A stretch of 64,000 nucleotides of DNA. Source: Candidatus Hadarchaeota archaeon. GTDB lineage: Archaea; CAYQAE01; CAYVLA01. A program made the translations under genes and the position numbers. A model generated the notes under the pieces. It was not told the DNA's origin. It was given only the letters and a program-made list of their open reading frames with translations, and ran no database searches. This document shows positions 19,845 to 28,444 of this stretch, in pieces; position 1 is the stretch's first letter; every line of letters starts with the position of its first letter. Where the stretch lies: contig CAZUNO010000001.1 of NCBI GenBank assembly GCA_964621445.1, forward strand, positions 72,496-136,495, given 5' to 3'.

Positions 19845-20300
19845 TTGGCTAGAATTCATACAAGACGAAGAGGATCATCACGTTCCAAGCCACCCGTTCG
19901 GAATTCAGCCCCCAATTGGGTTCCCTATTCATCCGAAGAGATTAAGGAGATAATACTTCGATTATATGATGAAGGAATGACCAAGAGCGAGATTGGCTTG
20001 AAATTAAGGGATCAGTATGGCGTTCCCGATGTTCGTCTTCTTACCGGAAAAAAATTGACTCGGATATTGGAAGAAAACGGGATCGAGGAGGACTTCCCGG
20101 AGGACCTGCTTCAACTTATGAGAAAGGCAGTGAATCTAAGGGACCATATGGAGAAAAATCCAAGTGACACTGAATCGAAGATGGATCTCAACCTCGTGGA
20201 GTCCAAGATAAGAAGACTTCAGAAGTACTACCGGAAGAAGGGAGACCTGCCGAAGGATTGGAGGTATGACCCAGAGAAGGCGGCTCTTCTGGTCGGATAG
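19845..20300 (+). CDS. rps15: 30S ribosomal protein S15 (uS15)
   Basis: ARIHTRRRGSSRS, LRDQYGVP, PEDL, ESKIRRL; TTG start. Confidence 0.96.
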   Translation: MARIHTRRRGSSRSKPPVRNSAPNWVPYSSEEIKEIILRLYDEGMTKSEIGLKLRDQYGVPDVRLLTGKKLTRILEENGIEEDFPEDLLQLMRKAVNLRDHMEKNPSDTESKMDLNLVESKIRRLQKYYRKKGDLPKDWRYDPEKAALLVG

Positions 20301-20301
20301 A

Positions 20302-21654
20302 ATGGATAAATTTACCGAGCTCAGGGACGAGGCTTCAAAAGCTGCCGCTACGCTTGGATCGGTCATTGCCTCCGGAGATCATGTAAGGATAATCAGTCAT
20401 AACGATGTTGACGGCATTTGCTCCGGTGCCCTGGCTCTACTAATGGTAAGAAGAAAGGGGGGTTCGGCTCATCTAAGTTTCTCTGGCCACGTTTATGCCG
20501 AGGAACTTTCGGATATACTGGATGCCGATCCAGGATTCCTTCTTTTCTGTGATATGGGAAGCGACCTTATAAAATTACTCCGGAATTCCGGTACCCCTTT
20601 TCTAGTACTTGACCATCATTATACAGAGGAGGAGGACGAGAACCTGGTTAATCCCTGGGAATTTCAACTTGATGGAACTAATGAAGTTAGTGGTTCGGGA
20701 GTAACATATTTGGTTGCCAGGGAGATGGATCCCGAAAATTGCGACCTGGCTCCCATCGCTCTCTGTGGGGCATTTGGAGATATGCAACCCCTGGACGGGG
20801 TAAATGGCAAGATAGCCGACGAGGCGGAAGCAAGAAGTCTTGTCAAACGGAGAGATGAAATTAGACTTATTGGCAGGGTAGATCGACCAGTTGAGTATTC
20901 AATATGCTATTCCACCCTACCTTTCATAAGGGGATTAAGTGGCAATCAGTTGGCAGCATCGGACTTCTTGAAGGAAATAGGAATTGAAGCGGGATCGGAT
21001 ACTAGCATCATGCAGCTTGAGGACGATAAGAGGGATTTACTCTTGCGGGAGTTGTCCGAAAGGATGGTTAAACAGGGCGCTTCAACATCCGAGGCGGAAA
21101 GACTATTCGGTGCCACCTTGCGTATCAAGAATTTGCTCTCGCCCACCGTGGAAGATGTAGTTGATTACCTGGAGTCTAGCTGTTCTTTGGGTCGGTACTC
21201 TACCGCCCTGTCATTTCTCGTAGGAGATGAAAAGGCAAGGGATGATGTTGAGAGAAGCAGGCTTAAGTACAAGCAAATGATTTTCGAAGGCTCAGGTCTT
21301 TTTGAATCTGCCGAGAAGATGGATAATCTGGAGTATTTAGTGATGGATGAATGGGCTGAATACTCCGGAAAGCTTTGTGGGATATATGCCAATGCAGGAT
21401 TTGGCGATGGTGAAAAGCCGGTTTTTGGCCTGAGCTCCCAGGACGGTTCAATTAAGGTCTCGGGCAGAATGGATAAAAAGCTTCTAAAGAAGGGTATTGA
21501 TCTGGGTAAGGCGCTTGGATCTGCTGCCCAAAGGGTTGGAGGCCAGGGTGGTGGCCACAGTGTTGCGGCTGGGGCTAAGATAGCCTCCGAAGCCAGGTCA
21601 GAATTCCTGGAAGCTCTGGATGAAGAACTTGATAAACAGATTTCGGGAGAGTAA
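20302..21654 (+). CDS. DHH-family phosphoesterase (RecJ-like)
   Basis: HNDVDG, DMGS, LDHH, GGGHSVAAG; typical position after rps15. Confidence 0.92.
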   Translation: MDKFTELRDEASKAAATLGSVIASGDHVRIISHNDVDGICSGALALLMVRRKGGSAHLSFSGHVYAEELSDILDADPGFLLFCDMGSDLIKLLRNSGTPFLVLDHHYTEEEDENLVNPWEFQLDGTNEVSGSGVTYLVAREMDPENCDLAPIALCGAFGDMQPLDGVNGKIADEAEARSLVKRRDEIRLIGRVDRPVEYSICYSTLPFIRGLSGNQLAASDFLKEIGIEAGSDTSIMQLEDDKRDLLLRELSERMVKQGASTSEAERLFGATLRIKNLLSPTVEDVVDYLESSCSLGRYSTALSFLVGDEKARDDVERSRLKYKQMIFEGSGLFESAEKMDNLEYLVMDEWAEYSGKLCGIYANAGFGDGEKPVFGLSSQDGSIKVSGRMDKKLLKKGIDLGKALGSAAQRVGGQGGGHSVAAGAKIASEARSEFLEALDEELDKQISGE

Positions 21655-21917
21655 TGCGCATGGAGTCAGTCAAAATCATGTTGTTAAGTTCCTACGGAAA
21701 GGAGGCTGCAAAAAGCATTGGGGGGGCGCTACAGGTTGATAATAGGTCCACGAAACGGGTTAAATTGTTGACTTCAGTTGGAGAGGGCAAGGTTGAAACG
21801 GTTCTAGAGGCGGGAAGCTTGGAGAAAGCCCTTCCCGTATTGGATGATTTGCTTTTCTGCCAGTCAATATGCGAGAGAGTACTGTCCGTTGTTGATCAGG
21901 ACCTAGGACAGCTTTGA
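21654..21917 (+). CDS. pcc1: KEOPS complex subunit Pcc1
   Basis: 87 aa, ALQVDN motif, translationally coupled to the DHH gene in the conserved rps15 cluster. Confidence 0.75.
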   Translation: MRMESVKIMLLSSYGKEAAKSIGGALQVDNRSTKRVKLLTSVGEGKVETVLEAGSLEKALPVLDDLLFCQSICERVLSVVDQDLGQL

Positions 21918-21930
21918 AACCAAAGGGGAA

Positions 21931-22368
21931 TCAGAAAAGCTTGGGAATATCAAATTTTATCCTACCTCTAGGTAGGGGTGGACCAAATAGCACTCTTTCC
22001 ATTACGGCAATTATCTTCCTCTGGGTCTCGGTCCGCCTCTCATAGAGACCAGGGAAATCTTCCTCCACTTGGGGAAGCATCTCCAATATATCGTCCATAT
22101 CGAAATTTCTAAGTATTGTGCGAGAGTTGCGTACCACGGCGAGGGTCCTTGAGTAAAGGGATTTGGTTTTTTCATCCTCGATCTGGGAAATTTGGCTTAG
22201 CAATTTCTTCTCCAGGAGATCGAGGGTTTTGTTGATATCCTCAGAGTTTTTCTTCAGGTATTTTAGTACCGTACCATACTGATAGGCATAGGTTCTGAGG
22301 ACCTCTTCTGACATAACAAACGAAAAGTTAATTAAGCTTATTATTTGTTTTGCAGCATCCGAGGTCAA
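21931..22368 (-). CDS. Hypothetical helical protein
   Basis: Fills the gap downstream of ychF in the same orientation; no motif recognised. Confidence 0.55.
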   Translation of the reverse strand: MTSDAAKQIISLINFSFVMSEEVLRTYAYQYGTVLKYLKKNSEDINKTLDLLEKKLLSQISQIEDEKTKSLYSRTLAVVRNSRTILRNFDMDDILEMLPQVEEDFPGLYERRTETQRKIIAVMERVLFGPPLPRGRIKFDIPKLF

Positions 22369-22387
22369 GTCAGCTTTTTCTTCGAAC

Positions 22388-23575
22388 TCAACGGGAGGTC
22401 AATATCTCGATGACATCCCCGTTTTGTAATTCATGGTCCTCGCCGACCTTTCTCTTGGTCCTGGCATCCACAGCCCCAATGAAACTTTCTCCTATATCTG
22501 TATGTACTCTAAACGCCAATTCCTTAGCGGTGGTGCCTTGTGGCACCACATGGGCGTCGGGAAGAACTCTGTCTTTATTGTCGGTCAGCCGGGTATGGTT
22601 AGCAACAGGATATACGACTATCATGTTAAGGAATTCATAGACAGTCCGATCAATTATTTCCTGGACCCCGGTCGATCCATATTTGGATAGTATCTTTTGT
22701 CTTATGGTCTCGAGGGCCTTCCTCTGCCTTTGTTTGAGTTCTCCCGTGATCTTGAAGTCCGAGTCCCCGGGGGTGTATTGAATGAGTCCTTTTTCATTAG
22801 CTTTTCGAAGTGCGAGATCGGCCTCAGCGCATACCGGCAAAACCAGGGTGTCCGATAGGCCTTGACGAAGACGATCCAAGTTTTCGTGGGCACATGGCAA
22901 GTCCATTTTGTTTGCCGCGATGGAGATGGGTTTGGCAGCCCTCCTTACCTGGCTGATGAATTCCAGTAGCCTGGAGTCATCATCCTCAAATTCAATTGGA
23001 TGCCTATTCAGTATATGTCGGAGTTGGTCCTCGTTAACTCCGAGAACATTGAGTTGACCATGGATAAGCTCGGTTTTCTCGGCATCGGTTGGCTTGGGGG
23101 CCCTACCTGAACGTTTAAGTCCTCGCTTCAATATTCCAAGTAGCCAGTAATCCAGCTCTGTTTCAAAAAACCTGACGTCTTTCAGGGGGTCTCTTGTGCC
23201 AGGCGAGGTGGGGTTACCTTGTTCGTCCGTGGCTCCTGCAGCATCGACAACATGAATCAAGGCATCGGCCCGGATGAGGTCATCTAGGAATTGGTTTCCC
23301 AACCCCTTTCCTAGGTGTGCTCCAGGTACGAGGCCGGCAACGTCCAGCACATCTATGGGTATTAGTCTCAGACCGTTGTTGCAGGTTGATTCCCTTGGTT
23401 GACAAGTGACTCCGAATTCCTTGCACGGACACTCAGCTCTCAGATAGGCAAGACCCCGATTTGGTTCGATGGTCACGAAAGGCCTGCCGTCGATCTTGGC
23501 ATCTGTCAAGGTGGCAGCGCTAAAGAAGGTGGACTTGCCAGAATTGGTCTTTCCTACGGCAGCGATCTGAAACAT
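22388..23575 (-). CDS. ychF: Obg-family ATPase YchF (archaeal type, with TGS domain)
   Basis: [43 protein letters not shown]-terminal TGS. Confidence 0.94.
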   Translation of the reverse strand: MFQIAAVGKTNSGKSTFFSAATLTDAKIDGRPFVTIEPNRGLAYLRAECPCKEFGVTCQPRESTCNNGLRLIPIDVLDVAGLVPGAHLGKGLGNQFLDDLIRADALIHVVDAAGATDEQGNPTSPGTRDPLKDVRFFETELDYWLLGILKRGLKRSGRAPKPTDAEKTELIHGQLNVLGVNEDQLRHILNRHPIEFEDDDSRLLEFISQVRRAAKPISIAANKMDLPCAHENLDRLRQGLSDTLVLPVCAEADLALRKANEKGLIQYTPGDSDFKITGELKQRQRKALETIRQKILSKYGSTGVQEIIDRTVYEFLNMIVVYPVANHTRLTDNKDRVLPDAHVVPQGTTAKELAFRVHTDIGESFIGAVDARTKRKVGEDHELQNGDVIEILTSR

Positions 23576-23614
23576 CCTTTGATTATTTACATTTTAACTC
23601 AAATTTGTTATTCC

Positions 23615-24463
23615 CTAGAAGCTCTTAACCCGTTGGTGAAGTACATCGTGAACGACATGCCATTTCTTTGGACCGATGGATCTTACCACTCGAGAATTTT
23701 GTATTCTTAACCGGCTGCCTCCGTATGTGCTAAAGATTTTTTTAACTTCTCTTTTGGAGGCTTTCAGGCATTCCTTTCTGTCACCCATGCTCTCTCTATA
23801 TAGGTGGATTATCGATTTATCGCTGCTAATTCTGATGGCTAGATCCAGGAAATCATCCGCTATTGCCGGGAGGGCCAATATTACCCTGTCTATTCCGGAC
23901 ATCCTCTTGCATACCTCCCTAGCATCCCCTAGCAAGGGAATAACCTCGCCCATGAGGTTGTTAATCTCAATGGACTTTTTCATATACTCAATAGCAAAGG
24001 GGTTCTTATCGACTGAGAATACCGTGGAATTTCTGAATCTGGCTATCAGTAGGCTATAACAGCCGACTCCAGCGAACATATTGACGATTCTTTCGCAGTT
24101 CTTCACTTGTTGGGTAATTCTCCATCTTTCATAGGATAATCTTGGAGTAAAAAACACCCTAGTTGGATCCACAAAGTAAGTAGTGGCATATTCTCGGTGC
24201 TGGGTTACAGTTGGACCCTTGCCAGCGATTCTGCGCATCTTTCTGGTTCTAATTTCGGAGGATGTCTCCCCCACAACCTGGAGGACCAGTCTGGTCGAGG
24301 GATTTGCCTCCAAGATGGATTCTCCGATCTGGCAGCGAAGATGGTCTAGATTCCTCGGTATCTTCGTTACTATGATATCTCCTATGATATCATAGCTATT
24401 GTACATCCCCTTCAGGTCTTTTCTGGTCTCTGCATCTAGAGCGTCCTTCCAAGAACCGGTCAA
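23615..24463 (-). CDS. Trm5/Tyw2-family tRNA methyltransferase, short form without the N-terminal D1 domain
   Basis: YDIIGDI, VFFTPRLSYER, MFAGVG; motif IV reads DRVILALP. Confidence 0.85.
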   Translation of the reverse strand: MTGSWKDALDAETRKDLKGMYNSYDIIGDIIVTKIPRNLDHLRCQIGESILEANPSTRLVLQVVGETSSEIRTRKMRRIAGKGPTVTQHREYATTYFVDPTRVFFTPRLSYERWRITQQVKNCERIVNMFAGVGCYSLLIARFRNSTVFSVDKNPFAIEYMKKSIEINNLMGEVIPLLGDAREVCKRMSGIDRVILALPAIADDFLDLAIRISSDKSIIHLYRESMGDRKECLKASKREVKKIFSTYGGSRLRIQNSRVVRSIGPKKWHVVHDVLHQRVKSF

Positions 24464-24481
24464 GGTGATTAGTGATTGATA

Positions 24482-24571
24482 TCAGTTGCCAATTAGAAGC
24501 ACAACTATGGAGGTAACCATTATCCCAACTACAAAAAGTGCAAAAAGACGATTGAGAACATCTCTTCTCAC
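24482..24571 (-). CDS. 29-aa single-TM micropeptide
   Basis: GTG at 24571, TGA at 24482-24484; MRRDVLNRLFALFVVGIMVTSIVVLLIGN; starts 2 nt after the upstream stop. Confidence 0.55.
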   Translation of the reverse strand: MRRDVLNRLFALFVVGIMVTSIVVLLIGN

Positions 24572-24573
24572 CC

Positions 24574-25404
24574 TTAATCATCTCCTTCATCTATAAGTTC
24601 TATGTATACTTCTCCTACCCTCTCTCCTGTCCCGGTTAGTTCATATTTGTTCTCCCCAGGTATGGGGAGTATGAGGTATTTTCTCACCAGGGACTGGACT
24701 ATGTGGCCAAAATAGCGTATCTTCTTACCCACACCCTCCTCAATTTCCGGTCGGGAAAGAGGTTTTCCTTCCTTGGTGATATAGGCCAATACTCTTCTCT
24801 TCAGAAAGCTCCTGCCCCCATATTCTAGTTTGGGAGAAATCAGTTCGATGCTCCATTCATTTCTGTTGGTGCCTACTGTGAAGAGGCTTTTTACCCTTAT
24901 GCGTGATGTTGAGACCTCGATGGTCACGTTTTCGTATTCATATTCCTTTATCCGTTCCACCATTTCCTCAACGCTCTCGCTGAGCCCTCTGACTTCCTTC
25001 TTGCTTATGTCATCCTCTCTACTGGACTCCATTACCAATGATCTTAACCTCTTTATATAAGAAGAAGGATATCGCGCGAAATGGTTTTTCTCAAAGCTCT
25101 TTTCGATCTCTTCGAAATTTTCCTCGATTTCCTTCTTGATCGTTTGGTAGTCCCTTTCGCTGAGTTTCTGGGCGAGAACCGTTAATATCCTGAAGTAATC
25201 CGGGGTATAGTATGAGGGCCGATAAATACGTATATCGGACCGCATTCTTTCTACCTTGTCCCTCAAACTCTTTCTCTGTTTGGAGTCGAGCTTCTTAACC
25301 TGCTTCATTATGTCCTTTTGGGTTTCGAGGAACTTGGGTGTCCCCGGGGGTATCCTCTGGAGCTTTTTCAGGTTCCCGAGAATTACCTCCGCTGCGTCCG
25401 GCAT
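24574..25404 (-). CDS. Hypothetical protein, possible C-terminal winged helix
   Basis: 276 aa, highly charged; C-terminal LSRPEIEE...LVRKYLI...YELTGTG resembles a wHTH. Confidence 0.6.
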   Translation of the reverse strand: MPDAAEVILGNLKKLQRIPPGTPKFLETQKDIMKQVKKLDSKQRKSLRDKVERMRSDIRIYRPSYYTPDYFRILTVLAQKLSERDYQTIKKEIEENFEEIEKSFEKNHFARYPSSYIKRLRSLVMESSREDDISKKEVRGLSESVEEMVERIKEYEYENVTIEVSTSRIRVKSLFTVGTNRNEWSIELISPKLEYGGRSFLKRRVLAYITKEGKPLSRPEIEEGVGKKIRYFGHIVQSLVRKYLILPIPGENKYELTGTGERVGEVYIELIDEGDD

Positions 25405-25521
25405 GCGTTTAATTTGTAGCGTCCACTTATTAACTTGCCGAAAATGGGCATCGATATTGTGCCATTTATGTCTACTGGGTTAGGTGATATTTTTTAGCAA
25501 AACCACGAACCCGGCTATTGA

Positions 25522-25604
25522 GCGGGGGTGCCCGAGTGGACAAAGAGGGCAGGCTCAGGACCTGCTGGTGCAGGCCTTCGCGGGTTCGAATCCCGTCCCC
25601 CGCA
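25522..25604 (+). tRNA. tRNA-Leu (anticodon CAG)
   Basis: Acceptor GCGGGGG/CCCCCGC-A, anticodon arm GCAGG-CTCAGGA-CCTGC, long variable arm, T arm GCGGG-TTCGAAT-CCCGT, followed by a T-run; CCA not encoded. Confidence 0.95.
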
Positions 25605-25677
25605 CTTTTTGAGTTAGGCGGGTTGTCCGAGTCCGTTTTTTGATTTAGAATATTTTGATTCCGGTTTAACCGTAAAA

Positions 25678-25721
25678 TTTTTATGGACTACTAGCATAGG
25701 TAAACAACGACCTGTTGTATA
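25678..25721 (+). promoter_or_regulatory. TATA box plus candidate Phr/HSR1-type operator ACAAC-N5-GTTGT upstream of hsp20
   Basis: TTTTTAT at 25678-25684; inverted repeat ACAAC GACCT GTTGT at 25704-25718, over the expected transcription start. Confidence 0.55.
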
Positions 25722-25738
25722 GGTTGGGTGTGTTAGGT

Positions 25739-26275
25739 ATGGTAGAAAACGAGGAATCTAAGCAATCGGACAAAGGCAAAAAGGAGGTCGTGGAAGCTCC
25801 TTCCGAAAGGGAGGTTTCCAGGCCCTCGAGAAGAATGCTTCGGGATATTGATGATATGTTTGAGGACTTCCGAAGGTCCTTTGATAGCTTAATGGCTCCT
25901 TTCCTGCCCATGCGGACCTTTTGGAAGGAGGAGAGACTTCCCGTCCGATGTCCATTGCTAGATCTTGTTGACGAGGGAGACCACTATCTGGTCAAGGCAG
26001 AACTCCCGGGATTTAGCAAGGACATGGTTGATATCCAGGTAAATAAGGATACCCTGGTCTTGAACGCTGAAATGAAAGAAGAGGAGGAAAGGGAAAGAGA
26101 TGATTACCTCCATAGAGAAAGGTCCTATTCCAGTTGCAGGCGAAGGGTAAATTTCCCTGAGGAGGTTGATCCTTCAAATGTTGAGGGAACCATGAAAAAC
26201 GGAGTCCTGACCCTCGAGGTCTACAAGAAGGAGCCCAAGCCCGAGGAAAAAATGAGGAAGGTTGATCTCAAATAG
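25739..26275 (+). CDS. hsp20: Small heat-shock protein Hsp20
   Basis: Alpha-crystallin domain DLVDEGDHYLVKAELPG...MKNGVLTL; C-terminal VDL (IxI-type) motif. Confidence 0.95.
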   Translation: MVENEESKQSDKGKKEVVEAPSEREVSRPSRRMLRDIDDMFEDFRRSFDSLMAPFLPMRTFWKEERLPVRCPLLDLVDEGDHYLVKAELPGFSKDMVDIQVNKDTLVLNAEMKEEEERERDDYLHRERSYSSCRRRVNFPEEVDPSNVEGTMKNGVLTLEVYKKEPKPEEKMRKVDLK

Positions 26276-26301
26276 GGGATCTTGCCAGTTGTTGATGCCG
26301 G

Positions 26302-26988
26302 TTGGAATCGGAGGAAGAGAGGGTTGATCTGGACGCACTGTTGAGGGTCCTAGGAAATCCGGTTAGAAGGGAGTTGATAAGAAAACTGAGCCAGGAGCCC
26401 AATTACTCCTTTAAATTATCCCGGGATCTGGGATTGGCCCAGCAGCAGGTGTCCAGACATCTTACCCTCATGGGAGATCTGGGTGTCGTTTCCTCATATA
26501 CTGAAGAGAGTTCGATTGGACCTGAAAGAAAGATCTACTCCCTGGATCGCAGTCTTTCAGTAATTATTGACATCGGTCCTAACCTGTACAGGGAGAACGT
26601 TGTTCTCTTTGACCAGGAGCCCGGTGAAAAGGAGATCTCAAAGGGACCCATGTCACTTATGAAGAGAATGAGCGATGTTGTGGATTCCTCAGGTGATCAG
26701 GATAAGCTTTCTGCTTTAGGTGAAATCATTGGAGAAATCGATACCGAGATTGAAAATTTGGAGAACCGTAGGGGTGTGCTCCTACATCTGAGGGACTCGG
26801 TTATGAGGGAGGCATCCAGAATCTTCCAGCAGATGGAAGAGTCCTTGGCTAGAGAGATAATCCATTTTGCCTTTGATGAACAGGAGAGAAATGTCAGTGA
26901 AATCTCAAAAAGCCTTGATATGAGAGAGGATACGGTATCCAGTATGATTAGAAAGATCAGGAAAAAGCTGTCAACTGAATACGTCTGA
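26302..26988 (+). CDS. ArsR-family Phr/HSR1-like heat-shock regulator
   Basis: LGNPVRRELIRKL...LSRDLG..QQQVSRHL...GPERKIY wHTH plus coiled coil; directly follows hsp20. Confidence 0.8.
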   Translation: MESEEERVDLDALLRVLGNPVRRELIRKLSQEPNYSFKLSRDLGLAQQQVSRHLTLMGDLGVVSSYTEESSIGPERKIYSLDRSLSVIIDIGPNLYRENVVLFDQEPGEKEISKGPMSLMKRMSDVVDSSGDQDKLSALGEIIGEIDTEIENLENRRGVLLHLRDSVMREASRIFQQMEESLAREIIHFAFDEQERNVSEISKSLDMREDTVSSMIRKIRKKLSTEYV

Positions 26989-27029
26989 ATGGGGATACGC
27001 CTTAGGTATAAGTCTAAGCAGGGGAAGCT

Positions 27030-28281
27030 CTAAATCTCCATCTTAAGGTAGGAGGTTTCGACTTCCTTGTAATACCTTTTCTTAACCATCAATGACCATA
27101 ATGCATAACTGGATATCATTAAGGTTCCCAGCAAAGCACACCATTCTGTTACGTATATCCAAAACAGCGCCTCATCTTTGGCCTCCATGGCCTCGTTCCT
27201 CAGTAGATTTTGCTTGGTTTTTCCTTCATCCAACGTGTCCTGGGCACGTCCATAATCGCCTTCCAGACAGAGTTCCTCAGCCGTAACTCCCAGATCGGTA
27301 ATTGATCTACGCCTTTCCCTTAACTTGTCAGTCTTTCCACCGAACTTTTCCACCCATACTATCATCGAATCGAGAAGAGAGTTTGTGGCGCTGAACTCGA
27401 TTAAGGAGTTAGTAACCCGTATGAATAGATACGGGTCGGCGGGAAGGGCTTTGTCTGCAGTTCTGTAGACAAGGTAGATCATGGCCTGCGGAAAAAGGGC
27501 CCAGTTCTCGTGCCAGACCTCTACGCCTTTTGGAAACTTGCTCGCAAAACTGAGAACAGATCCTTCTCCGTTCTTCCAGTAGGTCATCAATGGCTTTTCG
27601 ACGGAGGCCTCCTTGGCGGTTGCCCAGAGTTGGGACCCTTCCTTACGGATTTGGTTGTCAAGATTCACTAAGATAGGTGATTCCTCCCATGGAAGAGCCT
27701 TCATTAGAGCCTCATCCTTGTCCTTAATCCTTAGACGGAACATGCCCCAAAGGGTGTATTTTCCCACAACCTGTTCCACGGGGGCAATTTCGGCGAGGGT
27801 TGATCCAGTCCATCCCGGATAACCCGCTTCCTCAATGCTGCCAAGCCACAGGAAACCCAGTCCTCCATTAGTTACCGAATCAACCATCCAGCCTACCCAC
27901 TGGGTGGTGAATACAAGTGGGTCTGCATCGCTGAGCAACATCTGATCGTAATCAGTGGTCAGCTTCGAATATGTACGGGGCATGTACATTCTCATACTTC
28001 TGTAGGCATTATCATACCCTCCTACATAATCCGGCCTGCAAGGGATGAAGGTCGTCTCTATCGCGGGATCATAGTGAATAACCGTGAAGCTATTGTAGGT
28101 ACCAACCCCCAAGGATGACATCCCCAAGACATAGTACTCTGATTCTGCCCTCGGGACCTACCCTGGAGTGGACAGGAGTTACTAGAATGAGGATAATGCC
28201 CAAGAAAACCAAGGTACTTTGACAGCTTCTCAATACCACATATCCCCTTTTGGAATTAATATCAAAGTGCATATACCCCAT
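27030..28281 (-). pseudogene. Paralog 1 of an uncharacterised exported, C-terminally anchored family; split by a frameshift at a G5 run
   Basis: The signal peptide and RIRVLCLGD lie in ORF 28090..28281. The body (RMYMPRTY, WVEKFGG, ALFWIYVTEW, LWSLMVKKRYY) lies in ORF 27030..28127. The junction is at CCCCC 28106-28110. Confidence 0.75.
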
Positions 28282-28444
28282 CAGAGGAATCTTCGCCTAT
28301 TGACTCCAAATATAGAACAGCGAATGACCTCTAAGGAGCGGCCTTTCTTTTAGCATAAATCTATTGCCCATTATCTTTAGGAGGGACTTACCTCCATTAA
28401 CTCCCTTGGCGGAACCCGAAACCAACATCCCGGAGTAAGAGCTT

